From the NCBI GenBank assembly GCA_964544705.1, contig CAZJDA010000005.1, positions 12,661-76,660 on the forward strand: a stretch of DNA of 64,000 nucleotides, written 5' to 3'. The stretch's first letter is position 1. Every line of letters begins with the position of its first letter. A program made the translations under genes and the position numbers. This document shows positions 47,761 to 56,011 of this stretch, one piece after another. This DNA comes from an uncultured Bacteroidales bacterium. GTDB lineage: Bacteria > Bacteroidota > Bacteroidia > Bacteroidales > CAZJDA01. The notes under the pieces were generated by a model that was not told the origin of the DNA, did no database searches, and saw nothing but the letters and a program-made list of their open reading frames with translations.

Positions 47761-47778
47761 AACAATTTTATGTTTAGA

Positions 47779-48531
47779 TTAAATGAGGTTCAACCTGCTA
47801 TATAGTTCTTTCCTATAAAGCCCGCCTATTGGGATAACCTTCATTTTTCCTTCTATCACGAGGTCAGGATATTTTATTGAGAATATCTTATCCAACCTTA
47901 CAATATAAGAACGATGTACCCTAACGAAATCTTTTGGAGGAAGAATTCTTACCATTTCTTTCATGGTAGTATGTGTTGTGTAAATGTTGTCTGATGTATT
48001 GATAACAACATAATCTTTTAATGCTTCAATAAAGTAAATATCTTTAAAATTCACCTTATTAAGCCTGTAATCAGCCCTAACAAAGATGCTGTCATCAGAT
48101 TCTTTGTTTTCAATAATAGAATGATAAAGGTCTCTTTCCTTTTTAATATTAATGTCCCTATCATGCTTGTACAATGCCATCTCTATGGTTGTTTGGAGGT
48201 CATTGTCTTTAAATGGCTTGATGATATAACCATAAGGCTCCGAGATTTTTGCCTTGTTAATAGTATTTTCATCAGCATATGCTGTTAAAAAGATAACAGG
48301 AATGTCGAAGCGCTCCTTAATAATATTAGCTGATTCAATACCTGTCATATCTCCTTTAAGCATGATATCCATCAAGATTAGGTCTGGGCGGCTTTCTTGC
48401 GCCTCTTCTATCGCTTTTTCACCGGTTGAAACAATGGCCGGTACAAGGTATCCCAATTTCTTTAAACTGTTCTGAATATCCTTTGCTACGATATTTTCGT
48501 CTTCTACAATTAAAATTTTTGGTTTAGCCAT
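47779..48531 (-). CDS. LytR/AlgR-family response regulator (REC + LytTR), no adjacent kinase
   Basis: 250 aa. The REC domain is KILIVEDENIVA..DLILMDIMLKG. The LytTR domain is FVRVHRSYIVRLDKI. Confidence 0.9.
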   Translation of the reverse strand: MAKPKILIVEDENIVAKDIQNSLKKLGYLVPAIVSTGEKAIEEAQESRPDLILMDIMLKGDMTGIESANIIKERFDIPVIFLTAYADENTINKAKISEPYGYIIKPFKDNDLQTTIEMALYKHDRDINIKKERDLYHSIIENKESDDSIFVRADYRLNKVNFKDIYFIEALKDYVVINTSDNIYTTHTTMKEMVRILPPKDFVRVHRSYIVRLDKIFSIKYPDLVIEGKMKVIPIGGLYRKELYSRLNLI

Positions 48532-48578
48532 AATAATTTACTATTTAAAATGTGAAACAATTCCGAATAACTATTTTG

Positions 48579-48586
48579 CAAATATA
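48579..48586 (-). promoter_or_regulatory. -7 box TATATTTG (minus strand) upstream of the LytTR regulator
   Basis: Exact TAnnTTTG on the minus strand, ~48 nt upstream of the ATG at 48531. Confidence 0.4.
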
Positions 48587-49102
48587 ATAGAAATTTTTTA
48601 ACCATTCATAACAACAAATCACTATTTTGCATATTAGTCGAAATTTGTTTATAAAAGATTGATATATTGGCAATTAAGCTAGTTATAGGAAGGCGTGCAT
48701 TGCTTATTAATAGCTGTAATACAAGCTTTTATAAAATCTAAGTGTTTTTACCCATTTTCACAAATCACATATAGAAATTGAATTTTTTTATCCATGAAAA
48801 CCGGCAATCCATATTCATTTATCTACAGTTTCAAGTAATGCGCAATTGAATAAAAAACTTAATCGTATTCATGAAAAAAAAATGACCAGTATATTAAGGA
48901 ACCGAATAAATACAAAGCATGAACTGGCTTGTAATAAATATTTAGCTTTTGATGTTATAACGCTGTATCCAATATGTTATTGCAAAAAATGTTCTTTAAA
49001 AAGATAAGTTTCCAGTACAATAAAAATATTTTCTACCAGTTAAACAACTTGATACCAGCTTTTTTTTCATCTTTGCAAACAAAACAAAACAACCATTTAC
49101 CT

Positions 49103-50938
49103 TTGAGAAAATTTTTTTTCTATATCGTATTTCTTGTTCTATTATATTCCTGCGCCCAGCAGGCCGCCCCTGTTGGAGGCCCTAAGGACGTCACTCCACC
49201 GAGGGTTGTGGAGTCTATCCCGGAAAACTATTCTGTTAATTTTACGGAAAAAAGGATCAAGATTACCTTCAACGAGTTTATCCAGTTGAACAATATGCAA
49301 GAAGAATTTCTCTCCTCCCCTATGATGGAGCACCCGGTTGAAAACAAATTGCGAGGCAAAACACTGGTCATAGAAATACAAGATACCATCACGGAAAAAA
49401 CTACTTTTACATTCTCTTTTGGCAACGCTATCGGGGATTTTACCGAAAATAACATCTTAAAATATTACGAATACGTTTTTGCAACAGGCGAAAAATTGGA
49501 TAGCCTCTCAATAAAAGGCCGAGTCATTGATGCTTTTACTTTGGAACCTCCCGAAAAGGCCCTGGTAATGTTGTATGATACCATTTATGATTCAGTACCC
49601 TGCAAAGAAAAACCTAAATATCTTGCAAAAACAGATAAAAACGGGAATTTTATTATCAATAACCTCCCCGATAAAAAATACAAGATTTTTGCCCTACAAG
49701 ATGCTAACCGCAATTATATTTATGACTTACCCAATGAAAAAATTGCTTTTCTTGATTCCCTTGTGCAACCTGAATACATTCCAAGGCCCGTTCTATCAAT
49801 TATTGACACTGCAATGATCGACTCCTTACTAACGGATAGCCTAAACATTCAAGCAGACAACGTGGCAGCAATTGACACTACAGCTCTTGACAGTCTTGTT
49901 ACAGACAGCATCCCGGATTATCAAACCTACAGCCTTTTAATGTTTGAAGAAGACGATTCTACACAAAAGCTGCTTAAATCTTCAGCCACAGGAGATTATA
50001 AGCTAACTTTTTATTTTAAGCAGCCGGTTAACAACCCTCGAATTACTCCCATTGATACAGCTTTTTCAGTAAAATGGCATGTTGCAGACCCCAATCCGAC
50101 CAAGGATACCATCACCTATTGGCTCATGAACACACAAAACACGGACTCGTTGATTTTACAAGTTTCTGATGACACATTGGTACTCGACACCGTAGATTTT
50201 AAACTGGAACATCCTCCTCCGCTTGACACGGTTCAAGATAAAAAAGAGAAGAAGAAAAAGAAACCTTCCAAAGCTAAAAAAGGAAGGGCGTCAATAAATA
50301 CTTTGCAAGTGAATTACAATGTATCGAATAATGGCAGTATTGATTTTTACAAGCCTTTAAAGGTAAGCTTTTCCATACCTCCAGAAAGCATGGATATTTC
50401 TTCATTCCAATTTTATGAAGATACGATTCCTTTACCTTTTACTCCCATCTTTCAAGATAGCCTGCATAAAAGTTTTATTATTGACTACAAATGGAAAGAA
50501 GAAAAAAAATATACTTTTATTATTCCTGATTCATCTGTTATAGCTCTAAATGGCTTTGCTTGCGATTCTTCTGCTGTAGCATTCAGTTCCTCATCACCCG
50601 ATGATTATGCAAGTGTTTTTATCAATGCCAACCTCAAAGATACGGCTTATAATTACATTTTCCAGCTTATGCAAGAATCAGTAATCATGCGGCAAAAGCA
50701 GGTATCCTCAAACAAACAAGTCGCTTTTCTACACCTTAAACCGGGTGATTACCACCTTAAAGCCATCGAAGACAGGAACCATAACGAAAAATGGGATACA
50801 GGCGATTATATGCAAAACATTCAACCCGAAGATGTGGTCACTTTTAATAAAAAGATTACCATAAATGCAGGTTGGGATGTTGAGGAAACATGGGATATGA
50901 AAGGAAAAGAGAATAAAGTTAAGGATGGACATGAGTAA
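49103..50938 (+). CDS. Ig-like domain lipoprotein (conserved Bacteroidota hypothetical)
   Basis: An in-frame TTG at 49103 gives (M)RKFFFYIVFLVLLYSCAQ, a lipoprotein signal. A near-consensus -7 box CATCTTTG at 49068-49075 lies inside the longer ORF, arguing against the 48974 start. APVGGPKDVTPPRVV..NFTEKRIKITFNEFI is an Ig-like N-domain. Confidence 0.7.
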   Translation: MRKFFFYIVFLVLLYSCAQQAAPVGGPKDVTPPRVVESIPENYSVNFTEKRIKITFNEFIQLNNMQEEFLSSPMMEHPVENKLRGKTLVIEIQDTITEKTTFTFSFGNAIGDFTENNILKYYEYVFATGEKLDSLSIKGRVIDAFTLEPPEKALVMLYDTIYDSVPCKEKPKYLAKTDKNGNFIINNLPDKKYKIFALQDANRNYIYDLPNEKIAFLDSLVQPEYIPRPVLSIIDTAMIDSLLTDSLNIQADNVAAIDTTALDSLVTDSIPDYQTYSLLMFEEDDSTQKLLKSSATGDYKLTFYFKQPVNNPRITPIDTAFSVKWHVADPNPTKDTITYWLMNTQNTDSLILQVSDDTLVLDTVDFKLEHPPPLDTVQDKKEKKKKKPSKAKKGRASINTLQVNYNVSNNGSIDFYKPLKVSFSIPPESMDISSFQFYEDTIPLPFTPIFQDSLHKSFIIDYKWKEEKKYTFIIPDSSVIALNGFACDSSAVAFSSSSPDDYASVFINANLKDTAYNYIFQLMQESVIMRQKQVSSNKQVAFLHLKPGDYHLKAIEDRNHNEKWDTGDYMQNIQPEDVVTFNKKITINAGWDVEETWDMKGKENKVKDGHE

Positions 50939-51018
50939 AACTTACGTGATTTACTTGCTATTTATATCGTTTTAGTATGGACATGAAAAATATTATGATC
51001 CAACCCGTTTTTATTGGC

Positions 51019-51042
51019 AACCAAGGGGTTAACTCCTTGGTT
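51019..51042 (+). terminator. Possible terminator hairpin
   Basis: aaccaagg-ggttaact-ccttggtt has an 8-bp stem, but only a short T tract follows. Confidence 0.4.
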
Positions 51043-51148
51043 TATGATGGAGAAAAGCACACAAATGTGTAATAATCATGTTTTCTTATAAAACACATCG
51101 TTGATAAAATTTTTTATATGAAAAAGTTTTCCATTTATATATTGAAAG

Positions 51149-51156
51149 TATCTTTG
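51149..51156 (+). promoter_or_regulatory. -7 box TATCTTTG upstream of the mce-mmd operon
   Basis: Exact TAnnTTTG, 34 nt upstream of the ATG at 51190. The context TATCTTTGCAAA is the same as at lysS. Confidence 0.5.
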
Positions 51157-51189
51157 CAAATTATTATATAAATAAAAAAAGTATCACTT

Positions 51190-51600
51190 ATGAAACCAAC
51201 ACATATAGAACACATTGGAATTGCAGTAAAAAATCTTGACGAAAGCATAAAATATTATGAAGAGGTTTTAGGACTTGAGTGTTATGCTGTAGAAGAAGTT
51301 AAAGACCAAAAAGTAAAAACAGCATTTTTCCAAGTAGGCGATACCAAGATAGAGCTTCTTGAATCTACCGATGCTGAAGGACCAATTGGAAAGTACGTTG
51401 AGAAAAAAGGCGAAGGTATTCACCATATAGCTTTCGCAGTTAATAACATTGAAAAAGCATTAGAACATGCCGAATCAAAAGGCGTAAAGCTTATTGACAA
51501 ACAACCTAGGAAAGGCGCTGAAGGATTAGACATTGGCTTCCTTCATCCAAAATCTACCCATGGTGTGCTTACCGAATTATGCGAGGATAAAAACAAATAA
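51190..51600 (+). CDS. mce: Methylmalonyl-CoA epimerase (VOC family)
   Basis: 136 aa. HIEHIGIAVKNLDESIKYY..GIHHIAFAV..HGVLTEL. Confidence 0.9.
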   Translation: MKPTHIEHIGIAVKNLDESIKYYEEVLGLECYAVEEVKDQKVKTAFFQVGDTKIELLESTDAEGPIGKYVEKKGEGIHHIAFAVNNIEKALEHAESKGVKLIDKQPRKGAEGLDIGFLHPKSTHGVLTELCEDKNK

Positions 51601-51642
51601 TGACCGATCATATTGTTGAATTTATACTAAAGATGTATTGTA

Positions 51643-53202
51643 ATGTCAATTGAAGATAAAATTCAAAAACTTCTCAAAAAAAGAGAAGAAGCATACTTAG
51701 GAGGCGGACAAAAGAGAATTGACGCCCAGCATGCTAAGGGAAAACTCACTGCCAGGGAAAGAATAGAGTTGCTTCTGGATGAAGGCAGTTTTGAAGAATT
51801 TGACATGTTTGTAACGCACAGGTGCAAAGAATTTGACTTGGAAAAGAAACAAATCTTATCTGACGGCGTTGTTACAGGCTATGGAACCATTGATGGAAGA
51901 TTGGTTTATGTCTTCTCACAAGATTTTACGGTATTCGGCGGTTCACTTTCCGAAACCTTTGCCAACAAGATTTGCAAAGTAATGGATAAAGCTACCCGCA
52001 TGGGCGCCCCGATTATTGGAATTAATGATAGTGGTGGTGCACGTATACAGGAAGGCGTAAGGAGTCTTGCAGGGTATGCGGAGATATTTGAGAGAAATAT
52101 CCTTGCCTCGGGTGTTGTCCCGCAAATATCGGCTATTTTCGGACCTTGCGCAGGTGGCGCAGTTTATTCACCGGCGCTTACCGATTTCACCATCATGTCC
52201 AAAGAAAACAGCTACATGTTTGTCACAGGCCCAAGGGTTGTTAAAACCGTTACCGGCGAAGTTGTTTCTATTGATGAATTAGGCGGTGCCAAAGTTCATG
52301 CCGAAAAATCAGGCGTAGCTCACTTTATCGCCGACGATGAAAAAGAAGGCTTACTTTTGATAAGAAAAATGCTTTCTTACATGCCGCAAAACAACTTGGA
52401 AGACCCACCTGTAGAGCCTTGTAAAGACCCTATTGACAGGCTGGAAGATTCCCTCAACTATTTCATCCCGGATAATCCTAATAAACCATACGATGTTAAA
52501 GATATTATCCACAGCATAGTGGATGAAGGAGAATTTTTGGAAATCCATAGGGATTATGCTAAAAATATTGTTGTGGGTTTTGCCAAATTTGACGGAAAAT
52601 CTGTTGGATTGGTAGCCAACCAGCCCAACTTCTTAGCAGGCGTGCTTGATAACAAGGCTTCACGAAAAGGTGCAAGATTTGTTAGGTTCTGTGATGCATT
52701 TAATATTCCTCTTGTCACCCTAGTTGATGTTCCTGGATTTATGCCCGGAACTACGCAAGAACACGAAGGCATAATCTTAAATGGCGCTAAGTTGATGTTT
52801 GCATATGGCGAAGCCACGGTTCCCAAGATCACTATTACATTAAGAAAATCTTATGGTGGGGCACATGATGTTATGAGCTCTAAACAACTTCGCAGTGATA
52901 TCAATTATGCCTGGCCATCTGCTGAGATAGCCGTTATGGGGCCCAAAGGCGCTATAGAAATATTAGAAGGTAAAAAGATAAAAGCCATTGAAGACGAGGA
53001 AGAAAGAACGAAATATGTTGAAGAAAAAGAACAAGAATACAAAGATCTTTTTGCCAATCCATACAAAGCAGCTAAATACGGCTATATAGACGACATCATT
53101 GAACCCAGGAACACGAGGTTCAGGATTATTAGGGCACTACAATCGCTGGCAACAAAAAAAGATGTGTTGCCTCCTAAAAAACATAATAATTTGCCATTAT
53201 AA
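51643..53202 (+). CDS. mmdA: Methylmalonyl-CoA decarboxylase alpha (carboxyltransferase) subunit
   Basis: 519 aa. It has acyl-CoA carboxylase beta-type domains ([25 protein letters not shown]). Confidence 0.93.
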   Translation: MSIEDKIQKLLKKREEAYLGGGQKRIDAQHAKGKLTARERIELLLDEGSFEEFDMFVTHRCKEFDLEKKQILSDGVVTGYGTIDGRLVYVFSQDFTVFGGSLSETFANKICKVMDKATRMGAPIIGINDSGGARIQEGVRSLAGYAEIFERNILASGVVPQISAIFGPCAGGAVYSPALTDFTIMSKENSYMFVTGPRVVKTVTGEVVSIDELGGAKVHAEKSGVAHFIADDEKEGLLLIRKMLSYMPQNNLEDPPVEPCKDPIDRLEDSLNYFIPDNPNKPYDVKDIIHSIVDEGEFLEIHRDYAKNIVVGFAKFDGKSVGLVANQPNFLAGVLDNKASRKGARFVRFCDAFNIPLVTLVDVPGFMPGTTQEHEGIILNGAKLMFAYGEATVPKITITLRKSYGGAHDVMSSKQLRSDINYAWPSAEIAVMGPKGAIEILEGKKIKAIEDEEERTKYVEEKEQEYKDLFANPYKAAKYGYIDDIIEPRNTRFRIIRALQSLATKKDVLPPKKHNNLPL

Positions 53203-53214
53203 AAATAATAACGT

Positions 53215-53589
53215 ATGTTACTCAACGTAGAATTCAATTTATCCAATATCACTGATGAGGGGATTATCATTGCTATAACCGGTTACGTGATTGTTTTTTC
53301 CGCCTTGGTGTTATTGTTTTTTGTCTTTAATAACCTTCCCAAGCTGATTTACTTGAACTTGCGCAACAGGCTGAGGAAACTCGGCAAAAAGGACGAAGAG
53401 ATCAAAGAGGAAGTAAATCTTAATATCCCTGGAGAGGTTAACGCAGCTATTAGCACGGCATTGTATCTTTATTTTACAGAAATGCACGATGAAGAAAGCA
53501 ATATCGTAACCATCAAAAAAGTATCCAGGGCTTATTCTCCTTGGAGTTCTAAAATATATACTGTACACAACTTATATCAAAGAAACTAA
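53215..53589 (+). CDS. mmdD: OadG-family small membrane subunit (decarboxylase gamma/delta)
   Basis: 124 aa with a single N-terminal TM. The call rests on operon position. Confidence 0.7.
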   Translation: MLLNVEFNLSNITDEGIIIAITGYVIVFSALVLLFFVFNNLPKLIYLNLRNRLRKLGKKDEEIKEEVNLNIPGEVNAAISTALYLYFTEMHDEESNIVTIKKVSRAYSPWSSKIYTVHNLYQRN

Positions 53590-53603
53590 TTAAAAGTATT
53601 GAG

Positions 53604-54032
53604 TTGATGAAGAATTTCAAATTTACAATAAGCGGAAATAAATACGAAGTTCACATAAAGAACTTAGAAGATAACATAGCAGAAATTGAGGTTAACGGCA
53701 CCACATACAAGGTTGAGGTAGAGCACGAAATAAAGAAACCAAAAACACCTGTATTGGTACGCAAACCCGTTGAAAAACCAGCAGGTTCAGAAAAGATCCA
53801 AAAAACACATGCAACAGGAGGAACAGCTATCAAGGCTCCCTTGCCTGGTACTATATTGAATATTAAAACCCAAGTTGGATCTACGGTTTCTAAAGGCGAC
53901 ACTTTAATGATTATGGAAGCCATGAAAATGGAAAATAGTATTCTGGCGGAAAGAGATGGCAAAATAAAAAACATTAAAGTGAAAGAAGGCGATAATGTGA
54001 TTGAAGGTGAAGTATTAATCGAATTAGAATAG
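53604..54032 (+). CDS. mmdC: Biotin carboxyl carrier subunit
   Basis: 142 aa. The biotinyl-lysine motif is IMEAMKMEN. Confidence 0.85.
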   Translation: MMKNFKFTISGNKYEVHIKNLEDNIAEIEVNGTTYKVEVEHEIKKPKTPVLVRKPVEKPAGSEKIQKTHATGGTAIKAPLPGTILNIKTQVGSTVSKGDTLMIMEAMKMENSILAERDGKIKNIKVKEGDNVIEGEVLIELE

Positions 54033-54040
54033 TTTGTGTT

Positions 54041-55360
54041 ATGAGAAAATTATTAACAGTAATCGGGATCATTGCAATTCTGGGTTTGGTATCTGTTGCT
54101 TTTGGAAGTATAGAAAAAGATAGTGATAACGAGCAATCAACAGAACAAGTTCTTAAAACAGATAACAACAAACAAGATGGTGATAGTCGCTCCAAGGCCA
54201 TGAGAGGCCTTAAACAATTCTACGATTATTCAGGATTTAGGAATGCAACACCAGGCCATTTGATCATGCTTTTGGTAGGATTATTCTTTATCTTCCTTGC
54301 CATAAGGTATAATTACGAACCCTTATTATTGATTCCCATCGGTGTGGGAATCCTTATCGGGAATATTCCTTTTTTCCAAGCGCCCGGTTTTAACCTGCAG
54401 CTTGGTATTTATGAAGAAGGAAGTGTGATGCATTATTTATATTTTGGTGTAACTGGCGGTGTTTATCCACCTTTAATATTCCTGGGCATTGGCGCTATGA
54501 CGGATTTCTCATCTTTGATATCCAACCCACGGCTCATGTTATTGGGAGCAGCGGCTCAAGTAGGAATTTTCTTAACTTTCTTGGGAGCCCTTGCATTAGG
54601 TTTTAATCCTGCCGAAGCCGGGTCCATTGGTATTATTGGTGGCGCTGACGGCCCAACAGCCATCTTCCTTTCTTCAAAACTCGCTAACGGGCTTAACGGA
54701 ACACAAAACCTCATAGGCCCCATTGCCATTGCAGCCTATTCTTATATGGCTTTAGTACCTGTTATACAACCGCCCATCATGAGGTTGTTAACTTCTAAGA
54801 GAGAAAGAAAGATTCGTATGAAGCCGCCTAGGTCAGTTTCCAAGTTCGAAAAAATCGTTTTCCCTATCATTGGGCTTTTGCTTACTGCATTCATTTCACC
54901 AAGTTCATTACCTCTTTTAGGAATGTTGTTTTTTGGCAATATCCTGAAAGAAAGCGGAGTTACCAAACGCTTGGCAACAACTGCGAGCACTTCAATGATA
55001 GATATCGTTACCATTTTACTTGGGCTTACTGTGGGCGCTTCCACGCAAGCAGACGTATTCCTAACTCCTCAATCCATTTTGATATTTATTTTAGGAGCGT
55101 TCTCTTTCATGGTAGCAACAGCAGGAGGATTGGTATTTGCTAAAGTAATGAACCTTTTCTTAAAAGGAGATAAAAAGCTCAATCCATTGATCGGTGCTGC
55201 AGGAGTATCGGCAGTGCCGGATAGTGCAAGGGTTGTGCAGCACGAAGGGCAAAAAGCAGACCCATCCAATCACTTGCTTATGCATGCCATGGCGCCAAAT
55301 GTTTCGGGTGTTATTGGCAGCGCTGTTGCAGCAGGAATTATGCTTAGTTTCCTATACTAA
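54041..55360 (+). CDS. mmdB: Na+-translocating decarboxylase beta subunit
   Basis: 439 aa, polytopic, OadB/MmdB-like (IIGGADGPTAIF, AAGVSAVP). Confidence 0.92.
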   Translation: MRKLLTVIGIIAILGLVSVAFGSIEKDSDNEQSTEQVLKTDNNKQDGDSRSKAMRGLKQFYDYSGFRNATPGHLIMLLVGLFFIFLAIRYNYEPLLLIPIGVGILIGNIPFFQAPGFNLQLGIYEEGSVMHYLYFGVTGGVYPPLIFLGIGAMTDFSSLISNPRLMLLGAAAQVGIFLTFLGALALGFNPAEAGSIGIIGGADGPTAIFLSSKLANGLNGTQNLIGPIAIAAYSYMALVPVIQPPIMRLLTSKRERKIRMKPPRSVSKFEKIVFPIIGLLLTAFISPSSLPLLGMLFFGNILKESGVTKRLATTASTSMIDIVTILLGLTVGASTQADVFLTPQSILIFILGAFSFMVATAGGLVFAKVMNLFLKGDKKLNPLIGAAGVSAVPDSARVVQHEGQKADPSNHLLMHAMAPNVSGVIGSAVAAGIMLSFLY

Positions 55361-55402
55361 AATTATTTACAGAACCCTGATAAGTCTCTGTAAATAAGCA
55401 AT

Positions 55403-55429
55403 GAAAGCCTCACTCAAAGTGAGGCTTTC
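55403..55429 (+). terminator. Terminator hairpin after mmdB
   Basis: gaaagcctcac-tcaaa-gtgaggctttc has an 11-bp perfect stem. No strong T-run follows. Confidence 0.6.
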
Positions 55430-55470
55430 ACCAAAATAAATCATGTATCATGAAATCTTAAACATCATGA

Positions 55471-55611
55471 AAAATACACTTATTCAAATCATTTAGAGAA
55501 AAAATTCTTTCTATAGGCTCTACAGACGACCCTATGGCCTTGTATAAAAATTTTAGGGGAAGAGAACCCGAGATCAGGCCCATGTTAGAAAGAAAAGGAT
55601 TGGTACCTTAA
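55471..55611 (+). pseudogene. C-terminal remnant (~46 codons) of an M3-family peptidase (Dcp/oligopeptidase-like) gene
   Basis: The open frame reads ..FKSFREKILSIGSTDDPMALYKNFRGREPEIRPMLERKGLVP*. This matches the characteristic C-terminal tail of peptidyl-dipeptidase Dcp-type enzymes. No upstream coding part is present. Confidence 0.6.
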
Positions 55612-55722
55612 GGTCAACAACGATTTTAAAAAAAGAGGGTATCCAAAAAGTTTTTTAAGCCTTCATCCTTCGTTATCCCAGTTTTTCTTAGGAGTTGTAT
55701 TATTTATAAAGAACGTTTTTTA

Positions 55723-55824
55723 CCACCGAGGCACGGATTACACGGAAGAGCATGGAGGTTTTTTAGATAACTTTTTGAATAAATTTTTCTCCGTGTACCT
55801 TCGTGCTCTATGTGTCTCCGTGTT
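55723..55824. repeat. CACGGAG/CTCCGTG inverted-repeat element, copy B
   Basis: The sequence is ccaccgaggcacggattacacggaagagcatggagg-loop-tctccgtgtaccttcgtgctctatgtgtctccgtg. It is collinear with 11801-11900. Confidence 0.7.
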
Positions 55825-55953
55825 TTAATATTTTCTTTCCCCATTTTTACCACAGTTCATCCTATCCTTTTCACTTCATAGATTAAAGACAAAAATTTAT
55901 AGTGGAAAAGCAATTTTTTTCAATTAATAATTTCATTTTACAAATGAAATATT

Positions 55954-55961
55954 TATCTTTG
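55954..55961 (+). promoter_or_regulatory. -7 box TATCTTTG upstream of the 978-aa surface protein, preceded by an inverted repeat
   Basis: Exact TAnnTTTG, 51 nt upstream of the ATG at 56012. The 7-bp inverted repeat atttcat/atgaaat lies just upstream, around the expected -33 position. Confidence 0.45.
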
Positions 55962-56011
55962 GTAGATTTATGATGAAATTCTGTATTTAACCAATAAAAA
56001 ATAAATAAACT

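Noticed and set aside
11801-55824. The two CACGGAG repeat copies as the ends of a 44-kb mobile element
   Set aside because: The two copies are in the same orientation. The interval is filled with housekeeping genes (lysS, the atp operon, rbfA, mmd). No integrase, transposase or conjugation genes are present.
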